Positions 7,530-18,210 are shown, counted from the first letter of the stretch. The stretch: 64,000 bases of DNA from an uncultured Pseudomonadales bacterium (GCA_964487665.1 CAZARR010000002.1:8597-72596); one strand, 5' to 3'. The notes: a model not told the origin generated them from the letters alone. Translations and numbers: made by a program.

Positions 7530-10031
7530 TTAACGCCAATAACCTAAAGCTCTCTTAAAACACTCAAATAAGCCAAATTCCAACACCGACAAACTCACAA
7601 CAATTAGCCAGTATATTCCCAATGGTCTTGTCTCAAACATCCACCAACCCAATGGAGTTTGAATTGCCATAAATAATAGCAAACCGCTCAATAGCAACCC
7701 CCTATTAAGCCATCGACTTTTCATCGTCTTTTTTCTCAACGCCAGTCCATGCAAATCTTTCACGCTAAATGCGTAAAGGAGTGCTGTCAAACCCAAAATC
7801 GCAAAGCTCATTGTCCTAGCAAACACATCGCCCTGCCCCAGTCCAAGCCAAAAACCTACCATCATCATCAGTGCCGATGACACCGACACCAGTGTAATTA
7901 ACAACCAATCACGCCGATCAAGCAAACCCTCCAATCTTCTTCCCGGTTCCAATCTACCCAAACTGTTACCATCTACAATCAATGCAACATACGGCCAGCT
8001 ACCACTCACCAAATTTATCCACAATATTTGCACAGGAATCAACGGCATAGGCAAATTAAAGATCAAACTAAAAACGATCACCCCCACTCCGGCAAAAGAC
8101 CCTACCATTAGATACATCAAACCTCGCCTAAAATTTGCCAGCACTCTTTTTCCCTCCACGATCCCCTCTAGTAACACACCCAAATTTCTCTTGACGAGAA
8201 TAATATCACCAGCGTCACGCGCCACATCAGTACCACTTTTGACCACTACCCCCACGTCCGCCTTCTTCAAGGCCAAGGCATCATTCATTCCGTCACCCAT
8301 CATTGCCACCAGATGACCTCCCTTTTGCAGGCAATCAACTATTGCCAACTTCTGCTCTGGCTTAACTCGCGCAAACAATACTTTCTCCGATATCATCGCA
8401 CTAGACATCCTTGAATTCTCAATTATTTGACTTCCCGTAATCACCATTTTCTCTACCAACGCTCCCCTTACTAAATTCAGACCTCGCAACAGTGCCCATG
8501 CCGTCTCTTTATAATCACCGGTAATTAATTTTACTTTCAAACCTAAACCCACCATTTTTTGAATAACTTTTCTGGCTCCGGGGCGAAGTGGATCGACAAA
8601 AGCAACCACCCCCAGATATTCAAAATTCGAACCCATAATCTTATCAACCTTACTTTTTTCAACTCCATCACGCTTAGCAAACCCCACCAACCGCCACCCC
8701 TTGTCGGCCCACATTGAAAATGCCTTTCTCCACTCACTTTTTTGTTTCTCTGTCAAGGTACACCGCTCCAGTAGCACCTCTGGGGCTCCACTCAAAAAAT
8801 CCACGCCGATGCCCTTGTAATTATGCCTAGTCATGATCAGGCTGGTCTTGTGGTCAAACGGCACACCATCGATTCGCTGCCATAGCGCTTCTATTTGCGC
8901 CGCCTTTTTCACACCAATTAACCTCCTGGCCCAACCATCCATGGCAATTTCCAAAGGATCTCGGTGGTCGTTACACACGATTGCCGCACAAACTAATTCG
9001 GTAGGGGACTTTTCGAACTCCTTTTTACCTACAAGTACACCACTCGGCCTGTCGGTGACAGCCACAACCCTCATTGTTCCCATTGTCAACGTTCCGGTTT
9101 TATCCAGGCATACCGTATCCACACTTCCCAACGTCTCTACCGCCATTAATCGTCTAACCAATATGCCAGCTGTGTTCATTCTTCTCATTCCCGCCACCAA
9201 ACTTACCGTCAAACCAATCCCCATTCCTTCGGGCACCAAAGCAACCGCCAACGAGACCGCCAAGGTCAGCATCTGGTACCACCCCCTGTGAGCCAACCCT
9301 CCTCCAATCACCAAAATAAGCGACAAAATCAGAGCTACCACCAACAACCTCCAACTCAGTTCCCTCACCATTTTTGCCAAAGAGGTCCCTTTTGTCTGGG
9401 TCTGCGCCAAGCTAGTCACCAATCTACCAATCGAACTTTTCTCTCCTGTCCTTAGCACCAGCATATCCGCCAACCCCCTCTCGACAACTGTCCCTGCAAA
9501 TAACTTGCTCGTATCACTTAAGTTTTCAAATTCTAGCTTTTTAGTATTTTTTACAGTTTTTTTAAATACGCCCACACTTTCTCCGCTGATATTTGACTCA
9601 TCCACCTTCAAACCGTCCTGCCAGACCAATACCCCATCTGCTGGAATTTTGCACCCTATTTCCAACCTTACCAGGTCCCCCACCACTACCATTTTCCTAT
9701 CAACCATTGAGTAAACACCATCTCTTATTACCTTAACTGGCGAACCGATCCCCTCAAATAATAATTTGATCGTCTTCCCCGCTTTGTATTCTTGTGCGAA
9801 TCCCAACACCAAATTAAAAACTATCACCACCATAATTACCGCACCATCGGCAATTTCGCCAACTGCTAAGGATATTACCGCCGCAATAAACAACAGCACT
9901 ACCAGCGGAGACCTCATTTGATTTAAAAGCAACTTCAACAACCCAAATCGATCGTGAGCTTTAAATACGTTCGGTCCATCTCTCTCAAAAATTTTTCTAG
10001 CCTGTTCACTCGTCAGACCTAGCTTGTCCAT
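7530..10031 (-). CDS. cation-transporting P-type ATPase (type II, Ca2+/Mg2+-like)
   Basis: Phosphorylation motif CLDKTGTLT, hinge MMGDGMNDALALKKADVGV, TGES-like SGES, and a cation-ATPase N-terminal domain; 833 aa. Confidence 0.95.
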   Translation of the reverse strand: MDKLGLTSEQARKIFERDGPNVFKAHDRFGLLKLLLNQMRSPLVVLLFIAAVISLAVGEIADGAVIMVVIVFNLVLGFAQEYKAGKTIKLLFEGIGSPVKVIRDGVYSMVDRKMVVVGDLVRLEIGCKIPADGVLVWQDGLKVDESNISGESVGVFKKTVKNTKKLEFENLSDTSKLFAGTVVERGLADMLVLRTGEKSSIGRLVTSLAQTQTKGTSLAKMVRELSWRLLVVALILSLILVIGGGLAHRGWYQMLTLAVSLAVALVPEGMGIGLTVSLVAGMRRMNTAGILVRRLMAVETLGSVDTVCLDKTGTLTMGTMRVVAVTDRPSGVLVGKKEFEKSPTELVCAAIVCNDHRDPLEIAMDGWARRLIGVKKAAQIEALWQRIDGVPFDHKTSLIMTRHNYKGIGVDFLSGAPEVLLERCTLTEKQKSEWRKAFSMWADKGWRLVGFAKRDGVEKSKVDKIMGSNFEYLGVVAFVDPLRPGARKVIQKMVGLGLKVKLITGDYKETAWALLRGLNLVRGALVEKMVITGSQIIENSRMSSAMISEKVLFARVKPEQKLAIVDCLQKGGHLVAMMGDGMNDALALKKADVGVVVKSGTDVARDAGDIILVKRNLGVLLEGIVEGKRVLANFRRGLMYLMVGSFAGVGVIVFSLIFNLPMPLIPVQILWINLVSGSWPYVALIVDGNSLGRLEPGRRLEGLLDRRDWLLITLVSVSSALMMMVGFWLGLGQGDVFARTMSFAILGLTALLYAFSVKDLHGLALRKKTMKSRWLNRGLLLSGLLLFMAIQTPLGWWMFETRPLGIYWLIVVSLSVLEFGLFECFKRALGYWR

Positions 10032-10034
10032 CGA

Positions 10035-10661
10035 CTAGTTCTTCTCTTTTCTAGATTTTAGATATTCCCACCCAATTGGCAACACTGAAATTAACACAAT
10101 CACCATCACAGTATAGTGAAAATTGTCCTTAATCACTGGGATCCTACCAAAGAAATAACCCGACAACAAAAATAGAGTCACCCAGACAACACCCCCCAAC
10201 AAGTTAAAACCTAAAAAAATTCGATAGGACATCGTCCCCACCCCAGCCACAAAGGGAGCAAAGGTCCTGACAATCGGAACAAATCTTGCCAATACAATCG
10301 CTTTCCCGCCGTGTTTTTCATAAAACTTCTGGGCCTTTTCCAAGTATTCCCTTTTCAACATCCTATAATTCATTTCAAACGCTTTCGGGCCAATGTAATT
10401 CCCTATCCAATAGTTAACGGTATCTCCCAAAAAAGCCGCCACAATCAACACCAGCCACAACACCCCCATGTTCAAACCACCTCCGGCCGCTATAGCACCC
10501 GCAGCAAAAATTAGCGAATCGCCAGGTAAAAAAGGAGTAATCACCAGCCCCGTTTCCATAAAAACTATCGCCCAAAGAATCAGGTACACCAAAGCACCAT
10601 ACTGCTCAGTTATCATTAACAAATTCCTGTCGATGTGCAACACAAAGTCAACCATAGACAA
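10035..10661 (-). CDS. DedA/SNARE-associated family membrane protein
   Basis: VITPFLPGDSLIFAAG signature of the DedA family; polytopic, 208 aa. Confidence 0.85.
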   Translation of the reverse strand: MSMVDFVLHIDRNLLMITEQYGALVYLILWAIVFMETGLVITPFLPGDSLIFAAGAIAAGGGLNMGVLWLVLIVAAFLGDTVNYWIGNYIGPKAFEMNYRMLKREYLEKAQKFYEKHGGKAIVLARFVPIVRTFAPFVAGVGTMSYRIFLGFNLLGGVVWVTLFLLSGYFFGRIPVIKDNFHYTVMVIVLISVLPIGWEYLKSRKEKN

Positions 10662-10670
10662 ATCATTCTA

Positions 10671-12377
10671 TCACCCAATCCGACCAATCAGTTTTGCCTC
10701 GTCAAGTGATGTCGCCTGTGTAACGTCTTTGTCGTCTCTGATGCGAACTAACCTCGGAAAGCGCAGGGCCCACCCGGCGGTATGTATCGGACTCTTGGTA
10801 ATCTCATCAGCTGCCACCTCAACCACTATCTTTGGTACAACCCAAACATCAGGACTCAAGTTATCATTTACATAATAATTGACAGGCTTATCTTTAGTAG
10901 CAAGTTTTTCCAATACTGAATTCAATTTATTAAACAGTTCGTCTGACACACCGGTTCCAACCTTAGCAATTGTCAACAACCTCTCTCCATCCACCAATCC
11001 GACCAGAAAAGATCCCAAGCCAAAACGAGACCTCTTTCCCTTTCCTCGATAGTAACCCATTATCACCAAATCCAAGGTGTCCAACAATTTCCCCGTCGTC
11101 CCCTCTGCCTCTTTTATCTTCACCCAATTCCAGCCTTGTCTACCCGGCAGATAGGCCCCACCCCCCTGCTTTATCACAGCACCCTCATATCCTTCAGACA
11201 AAAATGACTCATGTAGTCTTTTTAATTCTCTCCAGTCGTCAACGATGTATTTATTATTTACTACGAAAATATCGTTTTTTGTAATCACCATCTCCAATAA
11301 CTTCCGCCTTTTCACATAAGGTAGCCGCAAAAGTTCATCACCGTTCAAATACAAAACATCAAAAATATAAAATCGCAGCGGAAGTTCAACAGAATATTTT
11401 TTAATTTCATGTTTCCTCTTTCGCTTGATAGTTTCCTGAAATGGTAATGTTTTGCCTGTTTGAGCGTTTATCCCGATTGCCTCAGAATCAAAGATCACAC
11501 TATCTCCACTAAAATATTTAGCCAATTCCAACAACTCAGGAAACATGTTGGTGGAATCCTCCAAATTTCTGGTGAAGGCTTTTATTGTATTTGACCCCCT
11601 GTCGAAATGTATTTGTACTCGCGTCCCATCAAACTTTTGCTCAACTCCCACTACTCCCATTTTTTCGATAATCTCTTTAGGCGAATTCAAACGTTGGCAC
11701 AATGCCGGGTCAACCGGTACTCCCACCGTTACTTTAATTTCTTTTTTAGCCTTTTCAATACCCTTCAATAATACTTTTTTTGTTAACAATCCTATATCAG
11801 GGCAGATCTGGAACATTTCTTCTAAACTACGCGCCGCCGACTTATCTCCTTTTATTATCACCGAAAGCACATCAATTATTGTTTTTTCCGAAAATCCCAA
11901 CCTCAACTTTCCCAACACCATTCTTGTAGTGAGTTTTATTCCAGACCCATCCATACATCTATAAAGTGCTACCAGTGCGGTAATCTTCCGATCCTGACTA
12001 CCCTGACCTCCATCAACAGCCAAACGACGAAGGCATTCATATGCCTCTCGCACACTAATTTCTTTTTCTATCGTCACCTTCCCCAGCGCATTTACCACCA
12101 CCTCACCCAGGTCACCTATTCTTTTGTAATCAACCCAGACTTTTTCAATACTATTTCCGGTTCTCCCTGCAATCGCCCTAGCCACCATTTTTTCAGCCAT
12201 ATTAAACTCGACATTATCAAAACGCGGCCCCAGTCGACCAAGCATCAAGTAAATAGCCTCACGGACCTCGTCTTCCCCCAGATCACCAATCAATTGAACC
12301 AGCTGATCAGTAATATTCAGACGTGAGCTTTCTGCTTCCAATTTTATCAGCCGCTTACAAAAATCACTGTATTTCAT
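10671..12377 (-). CDS. ATP-dependent DNA ligase (archaeal/eukaryotic-type, with N-terminal DNA-binding domain)
   Basis: Motif I adenylation lysine EQKFDGTRVQIH, motif IV EGAVIK, motif V LPGRQGWNWVKIK, OB-fold C-terminus; 568 aa. Confidence 0.9.
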   Translation of the reverse strand: MKYSDFCKRLIKLEAESSRLNITDQLVQLIGDLGEDEVREAIYLMLGRLGPRFDNVEFNMAEKMVARAIAGRTGNSIEKVWVDYKRIGDLGEVVVNALGKVTIEKEISVREAYECLRRLAVDGGQGSQDRKITALVALYRCMDGSGIKLTTRMVLGKLRLGFSEKTIIDVLSVIIKGDKSAARSLEEMFQICPDIGLLTKKVLLKGIEKAKKEIKVTVGVPVDPALCQRLNSPKEIIEKMGVVGVEQKFDGTRVQIHFDRGSNTIKAFTRNLEDSTNMFPELLELAKYFSGDSVIFDSEAIGINAQTGKTLPFQETIKRKRKHEIKKYSVELPLRFYIFDVLYLNGDELLRLPYVKRRKLLEMVITKNDIFVVNNKYIVDDWRELKRLHESFLSEGYEGAVIKQGGGAYLPGRQGWNWVKIKEAEGTTGKLLDTLDLVIMGYYRGKGKRSRFGLGSFLVGLVDGERLLTIAKVGTGVSDELFNKLNSVLEKLATKDKPVNYYVNDNLSPDVWVVPKIVVEVAADEITKSPIHTAGWALRFPRLVRIRDDKDVTQATSLDEAKLIGRIG

Positions 12378-13432
12378 ATTAGTTTTCCTGTATACAGATA
12401 TACGACCCCTTTTGTTTTACCCTTCTTCTTGATAAATTTTTTCTCCGTCAAATTCTTTAGATCCCTAAGTAGCGAATCGTCACTTAGATGCGGAAACCAA
12501 GTACGTGCAGTGTGAATGTCCACGTGTCCTGTTTGTTTGATATTTTCAAGTAATACGCACTGTCTTTCCGTCAGCCCCGCTCTTTGCTGTTTCAGTTCTA
12601 GCCTTCGCCGTACACGATCCATTTCCCGAACTTTCATCAATAGAGCATGCGCCTCTTCCCGCAAAGCCTCACAATATATTTTCAAATAGTCGCCATAGTC
12701 ACCGCTTGCGGTAGTCGTCAATGCCTGCCTCAACTCAATGTTTTTTCCCTCCAAAACATCCTCTGCACAAAACATTACCATTGCTTTTAATTCCATTGTT
12801 CTCATACAACCCCACGACAGCACTTGCGCAAGCTGAATGTTTCCATCAGTAAAAGGCTGCACCCTCAATATTTCGGCCCTTACAATTCCCGAAAGTAATA
12901 TTTTATTTACCCTCGAACGAACATCAATTTCACTTACCCACCGAAACAAATCTTCCATATGGTAGGACACCTCTATCGATGGGACACCAACCACATTCCC
13001 AAAGTTTATTTCAACCTCTCTAAAAACACCCAACACATGAGAGGGAAGGACCCTCTCTCCCAACAAACAATGCAAATCCGACATAAACTTTCGCGTAAAC
13101 CATTTTAACCAACCGCCACTTCGGTTCGACATCAACATTCTATCTATCAAGGCCAAACCTCGAAAATAATTACCTATCAGCTGCAGCTGATCACTTTGCG
13201 TAAAGGAATCGCGGGCTATTTTCCTTGTTAACACTTCGGCCACCTCACGGCTGGTTATGTTTAGACCTGCTTGCTTTAGCCCGAACAATACTCTTCTACG
13301 ATTCGCGTCTTCTGCCATCTTATCTTTCCAGGGGTCTGGAATTTCTGTTACTTCTATTGTTGCCAAACTTACTTCAATTTCTATCAAATTTGCCAGCATC
13401 TCATCATCAATGATGTATTTCGGGTTAAACAT
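12374..13432 (-). CDS. Fic-fold protein with degenerate catalytic motif and C-terminal winged HTH
   Basis: Where Fic proteins carry HPFx(D/E)GNGR, this protein reads VQPFTDGNIQLAQ (His to Gln, GNGR to GNIQ). The C-terminal LTERQCVLLENIKQTGHVDIHTARTWF... looks like a wHTH. Confidence 0.5.
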   Translation of the reverse strand: MFNPKYIIDDEMLANLIEIEVSLATIEVTEIPDPWKDKMAEDANRRRVLFGLKQAGLNITSREVAEVLTRKIARDSFTQSDQLQLIGNYFRGLALIDRMLMSNRSGGWLKWFTRKFMSDLHCLLGERVLPSHVLGVFREVEINFGNVVGVPSIEVSYHMEDLFRWVSEIDVRSRVNKILLSGIVRAEILRVQPFTDGNIQLAQVLSWGCMRTMELKAMVMFCAEDVLEGKNIELRQALTTTASGDYGDYLKIYCEALREEAHALLMKVREMDRVRRRLELKQQRAGLTERQCVLLENIKQTGHVDIHTARTWFPHLSDDSLLRDLKNLTEKKFIKKKGKTKGVVYLYTGKLI

Positions 13433-14306
13433 GGTTATTATCCTTGTTCATTATTTTACCGAACTCAATAGGTACCTGTTGAGCCAAATCGTCGCTGTTG
13501 AACATAGACCCAACCCTATGCCCCAAACTCTCCGACGCCGCTTTGACCAAATAAACAGCCGACGATAACGCTATTACGGTATCATTCTGAACCCACAAAC
13601 CCGCCACTAAACCAGCGATCAAATCTCCCGTCCCTCCCTTTATCAACCCAGGGTGGCCTCCTGATATTTTTACCACCCTGTTCTTATCTACCACCAAAGC
13701 ATCTTGATCCTTACAAAGAATTATTAACTCGTATTTACGTGATAATTTCGATAATATACTCGCCCTCCTCCCAATGTCTGCAGGCAACGCAAACCCGAAC
13801 AACATTTCGAACTCTTTAAAGTTTGGCGTAATAACTGCACCGTGGGGAATCTCCTCGGGCGATACCACCTGCAGTGCTCCCCCATCAACTACTAACTTTT
13901 GTTCCCTCTTCAATTTACCAAACAAACCCAAAACTACTTTTCTAGTATCACTACCTGCCTCATCACAAACGACACCATCCTTTTCGTAATGATTTCGCTT
14001 CATCCCCGGCCCAACTAGAATTACCTCCGATTTCGCAATGTAATCCGCCATTTCATCCCGATCTATCCAAATAAAATTGGACAATTGACTTTTTAGTCTA
14101 TCCACTACACCCTTATCTGCCTTTGGCGTGGCGAAATAAACCATACTCACCACTCGAGAAGCTGCCTTCAATGCCAAAATGGGGGCCCCATGAAACAAAT
14201 CGCTACCGCCAACAATAGTTAGCTGTCCAACATCATACTTTGTCGAATCAACCCTAGGCGTCCAAAGTGAAGCAATTAATCGAAGATCAAAATTTTCAAC
14301 ATTCAC
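13425..14306 (-). CDS. nnrD: ADP-dependent NAD(P)H-hydrate dehydratase (YjeF C-terminal domain family)
   Basis: GGSDLFHGAPILALKAA and GGTGDLIAGLVAGL motifs of the carbohydrate-kinase-like NnrD family. Confidence 0.85.
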   Translation of the reverse strand: MNVENFDLRLIASLWTPRVDSTKYDVGQLTIVGGSDLFHGAPILALKAASRVVSMVYFATPKADKGVVDRLKSQLSNFIWIDRDEMADYIAKSEVILVGPGMKRNHYEKDGVVCDEAGSDTRKVVLGLFGKLKREQKLVVDGGALQVVSPEEIPHGAVITPNFKEFEMLFGFALPADIGRRASILSKLSRKYELIILCKDQDALVVDKNRVVKISGGHPGLIKGGTGDLIAGLVAGLWVQNDTVIALSSAVYLVKAASESLGHRVGSMFNSDDLAQQVPIEFGKIMNKDNNHV

Positions 14307-15337
14307 ACCTTGATTATCCTTTCCGGCAAAAAGTTGTCAACCACAAGCTCCTCGGCAGATGTGACAATAAGTTGCCTGTCTTTCATCAACATTATCACCT
14401 CGCTTCGATGTGAGGCATCCAACTCAGAGAAAATGTCATCCAACATTAACAAACATTTTCGCCCCAATGCTCTCTCGATGTGATCTATTTCTGCTAGTTT
14501 AATTGCCAAAACTGCCATTCTCTGTTCACCCCTTGACCCAAATGTCGCCAAATCAATATCTTTACCCAACACCAAAAAGTCGTCCTTGTGCGGCCCAACT
14601 AAAGTGTGTCCCAACAGTATTTCCACCTCCCTATGCTTATACAGCCTATTGTTATCAATTAGGTTGGGTTGGTACACAAGCCTTGTTTTTTCAAGGTGAA
14701 TATCTTGGGTTAAATACATATTGATTCCCTGTATCGCCACAGTTCTACCTTCCTGAATTAATTTCCCGTGTTTTATCAGTAACTCATCCCAAAAAGCCAG
14801 AACCTCAACCTTGTTTTTTCCATCCCGAATACTGCCCAGTAGTTTATTTCTTTGTCGAAGAGCCTTCTCGTAAACCAAAACACTTCGTGCATAGTTCCAA
14901 CTTCCACTTATTATCAAATGATCCAAAAACCGCCTTCTCACATCAGGACCATCACTGATTAGGCCCATATCTTCCGGCCTAAAGATTACACACCCCAGCA
15001 TACCCATGTAGTCCCGACGCAGCTTATATGCTCCATCGACCCTCAATCTAGTGGAAACACCAGAAATTGTTACCCCAAGATCAACCTCAACACCACCCTC
15101 TGTCCCAACCACTCCCTCAACAATAGATACCTTTTCACCTGAGGATATTACCTCCCGAAGTTTATATGCCTTAAAGCTTCTACCTGTTGCCAAAAAATAA
15201 ATTGACTCAAGAATGTTTGTTTTTCCTCTCCCATTCCCTCCCAATATCAGATTAATCCGGGGAGAAAAATCCATCTCCAAGTGACTGTGATTACGAAAAT
15301 TAGTTAATTTTATTTTTTTTAATATCATCTCTGGCAC
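14303..15337 (-). CDS. recF: DNA replication and repair protein RecF
   Basis: LKKIKLTNFRNHSHLEMDFSPRINLILGGNGRGKTNILESIYFLATGRSFK (Walker A, SMC-like N-terminus); 344 aa. Confidence 0.9.
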   Translation of the reverse strand: MPEMILKKIKLTNFRNHSHLEMDFSPRINLILGGNGRGKTNILESIYFLATGRSFKAYKLREVISSGEKVSIVEGVVGTEGGVEVDLGVTISGVSTRLRVDGAYKLRRDYMGMLGCVIFRPEDMGLISDGPDVRRRFLDHLIISGSWNYARSVLVYEKALRQRNKLLGSIRDGKNKVEVLAFWDELLIKHGKLIQEGRTVAIQGINMYLTQDIHLEKTRLVYQPNLIDNNRLYKHREVEILLGHTLVGPHKDDFLVLGKDIDLATFGSRGEQRMAVLAIKLAEIDHIERALGRKCLLMLDDIFSELDASHRSEVIMLMKDRQLIVTSAEELVVDNFLPERIIKV

Positions 15338-16179
15338 TTCTCACATACATAGGTCCCTCTCCCCCCCAATTGAAACTTAATTATTTTGTTATTACAAACC
15401 TTGCACAACTGACCATCGCGGGAATATACCAAAAAGTTATCTTGATAGCTTCCCCCCATTCCATCCAAATTTACGTATTTGTGATCTACTGCAGTTGCCC
15501 CACCCATTCTTATTCCCAATTCGATGACTCTACGCAAGTTAACGCATAGGGCCTCCACCTCCTGTCTCTTCAGTGACCTAGCTTTTCTTCTCGGATCAAT
15601 TTTGGCCCCAAACAACGCGTCGTTTGCATAGATATTTCCTACTCCACCAATCTTTGTGTTATCCATCAATACCACTTTTACCGCACGACTACTTGCCATT
15701 AATATTTTTTGTAGGTACATACTACTAAATGTTTCATCCGTTACATCTGGTGGTTTACTACTAAACAGCTCCTCAGCTTGGCTTCTATCTATCAATCTTA
15801 CATAGCCAAAAACCCTCATGTCATTAAAGTACAAGACGGTGCCATCATTAAATGTCACCACCAATCGGGTGTGCCTGTTTGGAAGCTGAGCGACCCAATC
15901 TGGGCTGGGGTGTCCCCCGGCAAATCTCTTTAATCCTTCGATAAATATTAACTGACCGGTCATCTTTAAGTGAATTATCAGTACCCGCTCACTTACATCA
16001 AACCTCACAATTAGCTGCTTACCTTTCCTTTCCACTTCCACAATTCTCTTCGCACCCAACCACTCTTTATCACCCGAAAACGATTTTTCCCGCAATATTT
16101 CGATACCCTTTATCGTTCGCCCGACAACTAATTTATTAAGTTGTCTTTTAATAGTCTCTACCTCCGGAAGTTCAGGCAT
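15325..16179 (-). CDS. mutM: formamidopyrimidine-DNA glycosylase
   Basis: N-terminal catalytic MPELPEVE and a C-terminal zinc finger CKVCNNKIIKFQLGGRGTYVCEKCQ. Confidence 0.9.
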   Translation of the reverse strand: MPELPEVETIKRQLNKLVVGRTIKGIEILREKSFSGDKEWLGAKRIVEVERKGKQLIVRFDVSERVLIIHLKMTGQLIFIEGLKRFAGGHPSPDWVAQLPNRHTRLVVTFNDGTVLYFNDMRVFGYVRLIDRSQAEELFSSKPPDVTDETFSSMYLQKILMASSRAVKVVLMDNTKIGGVGNIYANDALFGAKIDPRRKARSLKRQEVEALCVNLRRVIELGIRMGGATAVDHKYVNLDGMGGSYQDNFLVYSRDGQLCKVCNNKIIKFQLGGRGTYVCEKCQR

Positions 16180-17299
16180 AAGTTTTTAAAGCGCAGACTT
16201 TCTTCACTATCATTCGAATTCTCTTTTCAAACGCCTTCCGATCAAAACGTAAAACACTCTTCTGAATTTCCTTCCTACTCCACTTCACTTTATTAAACTG
16301 TAATATCGCCTTCCTCAAACTATCCTCATCAGTTTGATCAACAAAAATACCACTAAACCTATCCATGACACTCTCCATAAAACCACCACCGTGTAATGCA
16401 ATTACCGGGGTTCCGGCAGACATTGCTTCCACCGGAGTCATTCCAAAATCAACCTCTTTCTCCAATGCAAAAAATCCTTTTGCCCTAGCATACAATTGAT
16501 AAAGCGAATCATCATCAACTCTACCCAACATTTCAGTGTGTGTCCCCACATGCTCACCTAACTTTTCCACGAGATTCGCTGCCCACCCAGCTGTTTCTCC
16601 CGCTATCTTTAGGGGTATCCCCAAGTTATCACAAACATTAACCGCCTCCTCAATCCCTTTTCCGCCTATTAGCCTGGCGGCTATGAAAAAAAAGTTTTCT
16701 TTCCTCACCCCTTCGGACGCCTTGATTATTCTTCTAACCTCCACAGGAGGGTATACTATCGTCGCGTCTCTTCGATAATGCTTAAATATTCTTTCTTTAA
16801 CATTCTTCGAGTTCGCAATCCAAAAATCCACCCGCCTTGAAGCAAAATAGTCAAATCTACGTAAAAAATGATTTACTACAGCAGCGTATACTCTCACTAG
16901 CCAATATCTTTGCCAGTCGATACTCGTTTGATAGCCATATAGAAACTTGGGGGGGGTGTGACAATATGCGATAACTTTAGTTTTTTTTGAAACTTTAAAT
17001 CCTCTGGCAAAATAACTTGAGCAAGATGTTATCACCAAATCATAATCTGATAAATCGAGCGATGACCAGATCAGCGGAATTAAAAACCTCAACGGACTAT
17101 AAAGCCTCCCATACTTTATCAACATTCCCCATCTACTTTCTACAATTTCCCTATCACGAAAATTTTTCTCAGCCGTAGATCCTCGTATCGAGAATGCCGT
17201 ATATATTTTTGCCCTGGGATACATATCACACAGCACCCGCAAAACTCTTTCCGCTCCTCCATATTCCTTCAAATAATCATGGACCAAAGCTATTTTCAC
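16172..17299 (-). CDS. family 4 (GT-B) glycosyltransferase
   Basis: N-terminal IALVHDYL..GGAERV and the C-terminal GT1/GT4 EFGMTPVEAMSAGTPVIA motif. Confidence 0.85.
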   Translation of the reverse strand: MKIALVHDYLKEYGGAERVLRVLCDMYPRAKIYTAFSIRGSTAEKNFRDREIVESRWGMLIKYGRLYSPLRFLIPLIWSSLDLSDYDLVITSCSSYFARGFKVSKKTKVIAYCHTPPKFLYGYQTSIDWQRYWLVRVYAAVVNHFLRRFDYFASRRVDFWIANSKNVKERIFKHYRRDATIVYPPVEVRRIIKASEGVRKENFFFIAARLIGGKGIEEAVNVCDNLGIPLKIAGETAGWAANLVEKLGEHVGTHTEMLGRVDDDSLYQLYARAKGFFALEKEVDFGMTPVEAMSAGTPVIALHGGGFMESVMDRFSGIFVDQTDEDSLRKAILQFNKVKWSRKEIQKSVLRFDRKAFEKRIRMIVKKVCALKTYA

Positions 17300-18210
17300 G
17301 AGAAGGCCTCCATCAGTTTATCTTCCCAGTCATCTTTTGGTAATTTGTTAACCAAACTTTTAAACTCTAAATCTTGAAAAAGTTTAAGCGCCTTCCCCCT
17401 GTCATAGTCCGCCAATCTACACTTCGTTATATCAAAGTCGATTGGGACGTCCCTTTTAATCGTAACCAGCTCCTTACTTTGGTATGCCAAATCCTTACCG
17501 TCAATCAACAAACCTCGTATCCTAGGGTTGGCAACCTTATCCAGGTTCATATATATTTTATCAAGAGAAGCAAATTGGTGCATCAACTTTAACGCTGTTA
17601 CCTCCCCGATTCCCGGTACCCCCTTAACATTGTCAGATGTATCGCCCATCAACGCCTTCAGATCAATTATCTGATCAGCTCTTAGGCCATATCGTGACCT
17701 TAAATAATCCTCATCTATCAGGTCTATCTCCGCTTTTGCTTTGTTCCACCCTGTTACTGGCATATATATGACCACTTTCGTTCCGTCCAATAGCTGAAAG
17801 GAATCCCTATCACCAGTTGCAATCACTACCTGAACTTCCTTTAGTCTTTTAACTTTTTCTGTCAAGGTGCCTATAAGGTCATCCGCCTCAAACCCATCCA
17901 GACCAAACTGGGGAATATTTATCACTTCAACCACACTTTTCGCCGTATCAATTTGCTCAAACATCTCCCGCTCCATCTCCGCTCTACCAGCCTTGTACTC
18001 CTTGTATATTACGTGTCGAAAATTGCGCTTCGATACATCCCACGTTACCGCTACAAAATCTGGCTCAACCCGCTCAATTGCTGATAACAACATCGAGGAA
18101 AAGCCATACACCGCACCAACCACTTGTCCCCTCGAGGTTACCAAACCTGGAAATGCATGATAAGCTCGGTGTAACAGTGAGTTGCCATCAACCAACAAAA
18201 ACTTCTTCAT
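17296..18210 (-). CDS. stand-alone 5'-3' exonuclease (Pol I N-terminal/FEN-like domain only)
   Basis: [19 protein letters not shown] is the canonical start, with an H3TH region; about 304 aa and no polymerase domain. The internal Met at 18210 was chosen over the track start 18267; a GGAGG-like sequence lies upstream. Confidence 0.85.
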   Translation of the reverse strand: MKKFLLVDGNSLLHRAYHAFPGLVTSRGQVVGAVYGFSSMLLSAIERVEPDFVAVTWDVSKRNFRHVIYKEYKAGRAEMEREMFEQIDTAKSVVEVINIPQFGLDGFEADDLIGTLTEKVKRLKEVQVVIATGDRDSFQLLDGTKVVIYMPVTGWNKAKAEIDLIDEDYLRSRYGLRADQIIDLKALMGDTSDNVKGVPGIGEVTALKLMHQFASLDKIYMNLDKVANPRIRGLLIDGKDLAYQSKELVTIKRDVPIDFDITKCRLADYDRGKALKLFQDLEFKSLVNKLPKDDWEDKLMEAFS

